In this document: piece after piece, positions 1 to 7,131 of the stretch
How the letters are laid out: each line of letters begins with the position of its first letter
Numbering within the stretch: position 1 is the stretch's first letter
Assembly: GCF_006345805.1 (NCBI RefSeq)
Contig: NW_021828193.1
Span: 1 to 8,963, forward strand
Reading direction: 5' to 3'
Length of the DNA stretch: 8,963 nucleotides
Origin: Octopus sinensis
Taxonomy: Eukaryota
Translations under genes and position numbers: made by a program
The notes under the pieces: generated by a model
The model's input: only the letters and a program-made list of their open reading frames with translations
Told to the model about the DNA's origin: nothing
The model's database searches: none

Positions 1-25
1 TCTGTCTCTTAAAAGAAGGAAAATA

Positions 26-62
26 TTCTTGATATTTCGAACACTTGCCCTTCATCAGAGAA
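26..62 (-). ncRNA. Degenerate minimal hammerhead ribozyme motif (Penelope-like element type)
   Basis: Minus strand reads TTCT-CTGATGA-A-GGGC-AAGT-GTTC-GAAA-TATC-A-AGAA. Core CUGAUGA and GAAA are intact. Stem II GGGC/GTTC has two G-U pairs, stem III is the palindrome ATAT, and stem I TTCT/AGAA is offset by one base. Confidence 0.45.
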
Positions 63-702
63 AAATTACATCTATAATTGTCTTGGCATTTGGCTGTCTA
101 CAAGCAGTGGTCATTGAAAAGTTACCAAAATGACGAAATGCATCTGACGTTCACACTGAATGTTGCTCGGGGGATTTTATGTCTTTAACAAAGCACGTTC
201 AGTAATAATGCATACAAATTGCGTATGATACTTAGATTGGCTGCCGTAGTTTAATACGCACACCGGATATATTCTAATATTTACACACTACTCCGAAATT
301 TCGATTTTTTGTATTAAATCGCATACTACTAGGAAATCACATACTAATGAGACTCGGATTGAATCCATCAAAATTCCGAGGAACATAAGAGTAAGTTTAT
401 ATTTCATGAATCTATGGAAGAATAACTTCATGAAGAAGGATTCGATTGAAATATAAACGTCACTTTTCGGAGGTTGGGGTAGATAAGTGTTTGTTTATTA
501 TCTTACAATCATTTAATGTCTAACGGTGAAATCACGATCTCGCGTTACGAAATGGAGGAAAACCATTTGCTAAACACGCTTTCAATGTCTCGTTTTCTAT
601 AAAACGTAATATCTTGTAATAGAGAAGGAAATAATAAAAGAAAAGAAAGAAAAGACGTAAGGAAATAAACCGCTGTACGCCCTGTAAACATACATAAAAG
701 AA

Positions 703-1057
703 ATATAATATATATACACACATATGGAGATGCAAACACACACACGCACACACACGCATATATATATATGTATGTATGTATATATATATATGTATATACA
801 TATATATATATGTAAGTATATACATACATACATATACACATACATACACACATACATACATGCATACATACATACTTACATACATGCACACACACACATA
901 TATATGCGTGTTTGTGTGAATATATACATACGTATATGTACATAAATATATATATATACACATATATATATATATATATATGCGTGTATATATATATATA
1001 CATACATACACACACACATATAAGTGTGTATATATAATATGTATGTATATATGTATG

Positions 1058-1111
<54 letters not shown>

Positions 1112-1297
1112 CACACACATATCTACACATATATGCACACACACACACATACACGTATGTATATGTATACAAGCGTGTTTGTATGTGTAACTTGCCGTGC
1201 CCTTGCGCCCGTGTGTTCACTATAGTGCGTACGTGAATACAAGCACACACACACACACACAAACACACACATACACACACAGGTATACATGTATACA
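703..1297. repeat. Compound (TA)n/(CA)n/(TACA)n microsatellite
   Basis: Directly visible; pure (AT)n at 1061-1107; short non-repetitive interruption at about 1170-1245. Confidence 0.97.
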
Positions 1298-1592
1298 GAG
1301 TAAAGAAGAAGAATGAAGAGAATAATAAACAAAATCCGGGGTATACGGTGTTATAATACCTCATAGTACGTAATTTAAGACAAAGCTAATAAAGACGCGG
1401 GGCGAAAAGCGAAGGAAAAGTCAGAACTTTGTATACACACAAGATGGCGAATCCAAGAATATTTATACGATGAAAGCCAACCCATAGGAGATGCTGGTAG
1501 GGTGTACGGTACTTGGATCGCTATCATGTGCTATGTAAGCAAATATTGAGCGTACCAAACAGAGATCGGTCTCGGATTAACAGCATGATAGC

Positions 1593-1605
1593 ATATATAT
1601 ATATG

Positions 1606-1661
<56 letters not shown>

Positions 1662-1790
1662 ATATATATATAATATATATATATATATAAAATGTGTGTG
1701 TTATGGGTATGTGTGTTGCGGTGCATGTTTGTGTTGGTGTTTACGTGTGTGTATGTGTGTAGTGTGTGTATGTGATACACACGCACACAT
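1593..1790. repeat. (TA)n followed by degenerate (GT)n
   Basis: Directly visible. Confidence 0.95.
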
Positions 1791-1884
1791 GCCACTAACG
1801 TATAGACACGGCTGGGCTATTGCGATATCGAGAGGCAAACACGCACCATGGCAAGCAAAGTGTATATCACTTTTCTTTCAACAT

Positions 1885-2095
1885 TGTGTGTATGTGTGTG
1901 TCTGCGTATCTATATGTTTATGTGTGCATATATATGTTTGTGTGTGTGTGTGTGTGTTTGTGCGTGTGTGCTTCTGTGTGTGTATATACACATACATATA
2001 TATATATTTATATATACTGTATCTACATGTATCTATCACTCGATTTATTTATCTATATCTCTCGATATGTATGCGTGCGTCTTTGTGGTTTATGC

Positions 2096-2150
<55 letters not shown>

Positions 2151-2473
2151 TATATATTATACATATATATATATACATATATATATTATAGATATATATA
2201 TTACTATACATACATATATACATACATATATATATGTATATATGTATGTGTATATAATATATATAATATATATTATATATATATACACTATATATATATA
2301 TATATAAATTTATTATGTTTATATATACGCATGTATAAAAGCTTCATGTATATATGTATATATATATATGAATTCATTTAAACACGTTATATGTGTGTGT
2401 GTATGTATGCATAATTTATATATTTATGTCTATATATATATGCGTGAGTATATATATATGTATATATGTATAT

Positions 2474-2516
<43 letters not shown>

Positions 2517-2548
2517 TACACACAGATATATGAAGGTAGATACATACA
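1885..2548. repeat. Compound (GT)n/(TA)n/(TACA)n microsatellite
   Basis: Directly visible; pure (TA)26 at 2097-2148. Confidence 0.97.
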
Positions 2549-2615
2549 CGATTTCTTCCTTTCTCATTTCCACTCTCTCTCTTACGCACACCAACACAAA
2601 ATGGCACGAACGTAG

Positions 2616-2648
2616 ATGACTTAGAATTTGAAACGATTCCTATCCCAG
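2616..2648 (+). CDS. Candidate microexon (33 nt; alternative acceptor gives 24 nt, 2625-2648)
   Basis: Consensus donor CAG|GTAAGT (GT at 2649). In-frame TAG acceptors at 2613-2615 and 2622-2624. Pyrimidine tract at 2552-2583. Phase 1-1 reading is (D)DLEFETIPIP. No transcript evidence is available. Confidence 0.3.
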
Positions 2649-2809
2649 GTAAGTTGAAGAGGTATGTCAAATGTGAGGAACCGTATAAACATTAATATTA
2701 TGTTACGACATGGTTTGCTTAACAAGCACTTTGTATGTGAATAATTAGCAACTGAGATCCAACGGGATATGTAAATATATGCAAACTGAGTTTCCATGTA
2801 GAACGCATA

Positions 2810-3086
2810 CGTAACGGATGTATGTTTCCGTGTGTATATGGGTATATATATATGTATATTTGTGTGTGAGTGTATTAGTGTGTGTGTATGTGTCTGGGGT
2901 GGTATGTATGTATTGGGAGAAAGAGTGGGGAGGGAAAGAAGGGCTCAGATAAATGGAAGAATATGTAGACATATAGATAAATAGATAGACGGAGAAATTT
3001 GATAAACAGTGAGAGAAATTGAAACATAGGTAGAGAGATAGATAATACACACACACACACTCACTCATATTTACATACACATACAT

Positions 3087-3138
<52 letters not shown>
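2810..3138. repeat. Degenerate (GT)n, purine-rich GA/GATA tract, (CA)n/(TA)n
   Basis: Directly visible low-complexity sequence. Confidence 0.9.
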
Positions 3139-3139
<1 letters not shown>

Positions 3140-3231
3140 GATAATACAATATTATGTAGAGATTGTTAACTTTAACAATGCTCAGAAACTGGCTACAATC
3201 AAGACTTTCTGCTGGTGTTGCTTCCATTCAA

Positions 3232-3510
3232 ATATATATATATATATATATATGCATATACACACACGTTGAGCAGTGCATATATACAAATTCCTACACA
3301 TGCATACGTGTATGTATATACTTACATATTTATACATATACACCAATATATATACTCATATATGTATATACATATATTTATATATAATGTGTGTGTGTAT
3401 AAGAATACGCAGTGATATCTGTGTACAGATAAGTAAGTATATACATATACGTATGCATAGATAAGCACATATATATGCACTGAGTAATGTGTGTGTATAT
3501 ATATATATAC
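3232..3510. repeat. Degenerate (TA)n/(TACA)n microsatellite
   Basis: Directly visible. Confidence 0.92.
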
Positions 3511-3819
3511 CGCCAACTTTGCCCAAACGACCTGAACATTAGCTTCAAGGTTCATCCAAGACTAGGACCACGGGCCATACGTCCCCTGCCCAATTCAAGA
3601 TCACAGCATACATGTACACTGCAACATAATTTCTTTTCCTCAACAGGCCCTGCTCTATTTAACATTGTCCCGAAAGAGATCAAAGAGGAAAAGGATCCCA
3701 TCAACTTTAAACGGAGTCTGGATAGATTCTTTCGAGGAATACCAGATGAGCCACCCATAATTGGATACAACTCACCCAACAAAAACTCACTACTTGAATG
3801 GACCATAAACAAAACTTGA
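3511..3819 (+). pseudogene. C-terminal 102 aa of LINE ORF2 (post-reverse-transcriptase region), lacking its own start
   Basis: Track ORF 3487-3819 minus its first 8 codons, which come from the microsatellite; no internal stops; TGA at 3817-3819. Confidence 0.8.
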
Positions 3820-3918
3820 CTTAAACAGGATTCAAATAATCCTATCAGGTGGTGCTATTAAGTTAGACATGGCCTGGACCAATCTTTGGTCGAAACATAT
3901 CTAAGTTTATCTAAGTTT
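3511..3918 (+). mobile_element. 5'-truncated non-LTR retrotransposon (CR1-group LINE) 3' end inserted in (TA)n
   Basis: Open frame contains GPALFNIVPKEIK..FKRSLDRFFRGIPDEP.IIGY...NKNSLLEW, matching the GPxLFNxLPxxI..FKxxLDxFLxxIPDxP..NSL pattern I recognise as a CR1-group ORF2 C-terminus. The 3' UTR has hairpins and ends in (ATCTAAGTTT)2 at 3899-3918. Both flanks are (TA)n. Exact clade is uncertain. Confidence 0.85.
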
Positions 3919-3919
3919 C

Positions 3920-3968
3920 TATATATATATATGTATGTATGTATGTATATATATATATATATATATAT
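3920..3968. repeat. (TA)n/(TATG)n microsatellite
   Basis: Directly visible. Confidence 0.95.
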
Positions 3969-3969
3969 A

Positions 3970-4200
3970 ATAAATATTAGAGAATGAATCCAAAATTACA
4001 GGGAAAAATCAGATTTAGGGTTAAATCCAATTTATAGTAAAATATTATATAATATAATTCGAGACAAAACCACTATTTTAAAACCAAACAAGGAAAGACT
4101 TAATCAATACATAAAATTTTAATATAAATTAAATAAACCGCCACTACAAACGTTTCATGTCTGCTCCGACAATCTTCAGGTGGATTTTCGATCTTCTGAT
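3970..4200 (-). mobile_element. Putative non-autonomous Penelope-like (pLTR-type) fragment carrying a hammerhead motif
   Basis: AT-rich segment running from the hammerhead at 4141-4183 to the (TA)n at 3968. Boundaries are approximate. No GIY-YIG or RT coding sequence is seen. Confidence 0.4.
4141..4183 (-). ncRNA. Type I minimal hammerhead ribozyme motif with intact catalytic core
   Basis: Minus strand reads CCAC-CTGAAGA-T-TGTC-GGAGCA-GACA-T-GAA-AC-GTTT-GT-A-GTGG. Stem I is CCAC/GTGG, core is CUGAAGA plus GAAA, stem II is TGTC/GACA closed by a U-U mismatch, stem III is AC/GT, and the cleavage triplet is GUA (A at 4145). Confidence 0.7.
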
Positions 4201-4239
4201 CAGGATCAAATTTTGATACTATGAGGAACATCACCACTT

Positions 4240-4667
4240 TATGTGCTTAAATAAGCTTTGCAGTCTCGCGTTTTCACGTTCGTTCCCACTGCTTCTAGAG
4301 CACAAATCAATCAATGACTCGTGAATGAATTTCTTAAGTGGAAAATGTGTTGAATGTCATCGTATGTGCATATGTGTGTGTGAGAGAGAGAGAGAAAGGG
4401 TGAGCGGGGAGAAAGAGAGAGAGTGTATGTGTGTGTGCGTGCGTGTGTGTTTCTGCTTGTGTTTGTCCCGTCACTACTACACAGACAGTGCTGGTGTGTT
4501 GACATACCAGTAACCTACCGGTTCGGTTTAAGAGATTAATAGAAAGAGTACCAGACTTTAAGAATAAGAAGCAGTATCGATTTGTTCAACAAAACCTTTC
4601 AAGCAGGTGCCCCAAGAAGGCTGCTGTCCAAAAACTGAAACAAATAAAAAATAAAAGATAAAAGAAA
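4240..4667 (+). mobile_element. Old, near-full-length tRNA-derived SINE (family A) with internal (GA)n/(GT)n
   Basis: Degenerate B-box CGTTCGTTCCC at 4277-4287. 4321-4344 matches 5104-5127 of the second copy at 18/24 ungapped. Internal microsatellite at 4370-4449. Tail is CAGGTGCCCC..CTGAAAC followed by ATAAAA-type repeats to about 4667. The 5' boundary is uncertain. Confidence 0.7.
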
Positions 4668-4981
4668 TATATATTTGCCAATTAAAAGTGAGTCATCTTA
4701 ATTTTGCAATATCCCGTTTCATTTTAGCACTCAGAGTAAATACGTGCTTGTAAAAAGGGGAAATATTCTATATCTTTGACAGCGAAATCTTAACTAGAAC
4801 ATCAAAGTTTTTACAGTGAAAAAGTAATTAACACTTGACTCCAATTTAACAAAATTTTCTTATTTATCTCCGTTCTTTGATATTGAAACAGGTTGAGGGC
4901 CACATATTAATCAAGGAGCAAACTAATCGACAATTATTTTGTATTTGACCTAACAGAGGTTCGCAGCTCTGTGTAATATTA

Positions 4982-5138
4982 GGCGTAGGCGTAGTCGTGG
5001 GGTTAAGAAACCCGGTTGGAATAACGTGGTTTTAGGTTCAATCCCAATGCGCGGCCCATTGAGCATGTGTCTTCTAGGTTGGCGCAGAGCCAATCTATGG
5101 TTTGTGAGTAAATTTCATAGACGGAAACCGTTTGGACA

Positions 5139-5172
<34 letters not shown>
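4982..5172 (+). mobile_element. tRNA-derived SINE (family A), 5' half only
   Basis: A-box-like TAGTCGTGGGG at 4992-5002; B-box GGTTCAATCCC at 5035-5045; CORE-like CCATTGAGCATGTGTCTTC; GACGGAAAC then (GT)n at 5142-5172. The 3' half is absent. Confidence 0.8.
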
Positions 5173-5179
<7 letters not shown>

Positions 5180-5202
5180 ATATATAAATTTATATAAATA
5201 AG

Positions 5203-5250
5203 GATAAGATCGTTACTTAAATACCGATCTTATCAGGTGGCCAGCATGGG
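5203..5250 (+). mobile_element. Possible short LINE/SINE 3'-tail remnant
   Basis: 10-bp hairpin GATAAGATCG (5203-5212)/CGATCTTATC (5225-5234) then AGGTGGCCAGCATGG. TATCAGGTGG is identical to 3843-3852 in the LINE 3' UTR. Confidence 0.35.
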
Positions 5251-5287
5251 AATAAAAACCTTCAAAGGTAATAATTGTTATTAAAAT

Positions 5288-5406
5288 TATAATTTAGGGT
5301 ATCTAAGAGATAACATTACACTGTAAATAGCAGCCAAAACATGATTGGGTCAAGTTTTGACTGCTATTTCCAGCGTGGTGGTATTTCTTAGATACCCTAA
5401 ATTATA
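5288..5406. mobile_element. Fold-back palindromic element (probable hairpin MITE)
   Basis: Arms 5288-5340 and 5354-5406 are inverted repeats with 46/53 ungapped identity; the outer 21 bp are perfect (TATAATTTAGGGTATCTAAGA); the spacer is 13 nt; both ends are TA. The structure is certain, the MITE identity is inferred. Confidence 0.75.
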
Positions 5407-5424
5407 TATATATATATACACACA

Positions 5425-5621
5425 TAGTTACTCCAAACATGAACAAAGAGAAAACACAACAACGCGAGGACGTGGAACATGTGTAGTGTTATTGGACGCT
5501 TAGGAAAGGAAAGAAAGAAGGAGGGTTAAACGTTTCGAGCGGAGCTCTTCGTGAGAAACATAGAAAAAGGTTCAAGGAAGGGAAAACGAAGAAAGAAAAT
5601 CGCCAACGATACACCGAGGAC
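5425..5621 (-). mobile_element. Putative non-autonomous Penelope-like short element flanked by (TA)n
   Basis: About 200-bp non-repetitive island between (TA)n tracts, containing the hammerhead-like motif at 5525-5559 followed on the minus strand by a pyrimidine tract. Confidence 0.5.
5525..5559 (-). ncRNA. Hammerhead motif with core mutation (probably inactive)
   Basis: Minus strand reads GTTT-CTCACGA-A-GAGC-TCC-GCTC-GAAA-CG-TT-TAAC. Stem II is perfect, stem III is the palindrome AACGTT, stem I GTTT/TAAC pairs 3 of 4, and core G5 is C (position 5553). Confidence 0.55.
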
Positions 5622-5654
5622 ATATATATATATATAATATATATATTATATATA

Positions 5655-5686
<32 letters not shown>

Positions 5687-5802
5687 TGGTTTGGCATTTG
5701 TGTTTGGTTGTTGGCTGGCTGGCTGGCTGGTTGGCTGGCTGGTTGGTTGGTTGGTTGGTTGTTGGTTGGTTGGTTGGTTGGTTGGCTGGTGGCTTGCTTG
5801 GT
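5622..5802. repeat. (TA)n (5622-5686) then (TGGT/TGGC)n tetranucleotide repeat (5687-5802)
   Basis: Directly visible. Confidence 0.95.
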
Positions 5803-5954
5803 TCCCTGTACATAGGAACAGGTTTTGATTGGTAGTAGTAAGTTCCGTGATGTTACTTCATTTTGATAAGGAACCTGTTTTTGGTTTTGGTCAAGTTTGG
5901 CGCTCTGAATGGTTGACTTCATTGAAGGGAGCGATCATCATATATACACAAACT

Positions 5955-6253
5955 CGACTCCGTTAGTCACGAATGGACATGGGTACACCTAAGAGGTTCC
6001 CCTCCGGAGTACATGTCTTGGCGGAAAGTCGCCTCACCGGCGAACGCACATCCTAGGTTGTTTTTCATGGAAGACCAACAGTCGCCTATGCCTACCAGCC
6101 TCCCCTCTGCACGCCACTGATGTCATCCAAGGGAAAGGCAAAGGGGCCGATACAGCTTGGCACCAGTGACGTCGCAACTTATTTCTACAACTGAGTAAAC
6201 TGGAGCAACATGAAATAAAGTGTCTTGCTCAAGAACACAACACGCAGCCCGGT
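5955..6253 (-). mobile_element. tRNA-derived SINE (family B) body and tail, lacking the tRNA head
   Basis: The reverse complement of 6204-6253 matches 8284-8333 at 41/50 ungapped, including CORE-like TGTGTTCTTGAGCAAGACACTT. The GC-richer body continues to a tail AGGTGTACCCATG near 5990-5978. Confidence 0.75.
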
Positions 6254-6275
6254 GGAATTCTTGGCTAATTTCTTC

Positions 6276-6309
6276 AAAGCGGTACCCTAGCATGGCCTCA
6301 GTCCAGTGA
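6276..6309 (+). mobile_element. Short SINE 3'-tail fragment
   Basis: AAAGCGGTACCCTAGCATGGCCTCAGTCCAGTGA resembles the GGTG..CATGGCC tail motif at 3848-3874 and 4606-4641. Confidence 0.4.
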
Positions 6310-6584
6310 ATATAAGGATGTGTAAACGATAAAAAGATTAGTTACTTGACATCTAACTGTATCATTCACCTCCTCTTGAAGATTACATTCAAGCAAGAAG
6401 TTTAAAGTAAAGATTGTAAAGTCGGCAGACTAATATTTGCCATAAACTTTACTCTAAAAAAGAGCGAATTATTTTTTGTTTTGATTGTAAAGTTCATTTC
6501 TAGCAAGCGATATATACAATCGAAAGAATAGCGCCGCTATACAAAGCCGCGTCTATACACCTGACTGTCTTTTCAGCTGTCAGT

Positions 6585-6754
6585 GTGTATGTATGTATGT
6601 ATTTATGTATGTAGGTATGTATTATTGCATGTATGTATGTATTATTGAATGTATGTATATGCCTATGTATTGTTGTATGTATATATATATATCTATGTAT
6701 GTATGTATTGTTGAATGTATGCACGTATATATGTATGTATGTATTATGTATGTA
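6585..6754. repeat. Degenerate (GTAT)n with recurring ATTRTTG spacers (left of MITE)
   Basis: Directly visible. Confidence 0.9.
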
Positions 6755-7131
6755 CACTTGCGTCAGAAATTAATTAGCACTTCTCAAATTTCTACATTAA
6801 ATAGGTTAAATCAATTAACCTATGAGCTGTTCAAAACGTCTTACGCGATGAGAAAACTTAGTATGGTGTGATTTCGGTCCTTGCGAGGCGCTACCTATAT
6901 CTATTAAACAAAGGAAGATTTGTCTGCATCCGCACTCCAAGTTGTTGCACTGCTATGTCAACATCATAAGGCCGTAGACTCTCGAACTGCTCTGCAAACA
7001 AAGTTACGTCATCGTTCTGCGTAACAGTGAACTCGCAACAAAGCAATAGTTCGAGATATGGCCACTAGGTGACAGCACATACCTTGAGTGAAGAGCAAAT
7101 CAAGGGTGCTAATTAATTTCTGACGGTAGTG
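6755..7131. mobile_element. Non-autonomous Tc1/mariner-type DNA transposon (MITE), 377 bp
   Basis: Left TIR is CACTTGCGTCAGAAATTAATTAGCAC (6755-6780). Right TIR (7106-7131) reverse-complements to CACTACCGTCAGAAATTAATTAGCAC: 24/26 identity, inner 20 bp perfect. TA lies on both sides (6753-6754, 7132-7133). No transposase ORF. Confidence 0.9.

Noticed and set aside
294-435. Short palindromes (CGAAATTTCG, TTCATGAA twice) and similar ones at 1217-1226, 5801-5819, 6528-6540
   Set aside because: Lengths of 8-13 bp are expected by chance in 9 kb of AT-rich DNA.
2601-2615. CAAAATGG start context giving MART*, like the histone H3 N-terminus
   Set aside because: A stop follows four codons, another in-frame stop lies at 2622-2624, and no further H3 similarity exists.
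532-3555. Many long track ORFs rich in Y/I/C/V/H/T/M
   Set aside because: They are translations of (TA)n, (CA)n and (TACA)n tracts, which lack stop codons in most frames; they are open on both strands and carry no domain signal.
3552-3812. 86-aa minus-strand ORF
   Set aside because: Antisense shadow of the LINE ORF2 fragment.
4892-4948. Acceptor AAACAG| followed by VEGHILIKEQTNRQLFCI*
   Set aside because: No convincing donor or recognisable peptide; short open frames like this are expected by chance.
5572-5922. 116-aa Q/P/N-rich ORF ([11 protein letters not shown])
   Set aside because: The low-complexity part is the reverse translation of the (TGGT/TGGC)n and (TA)n repeats.
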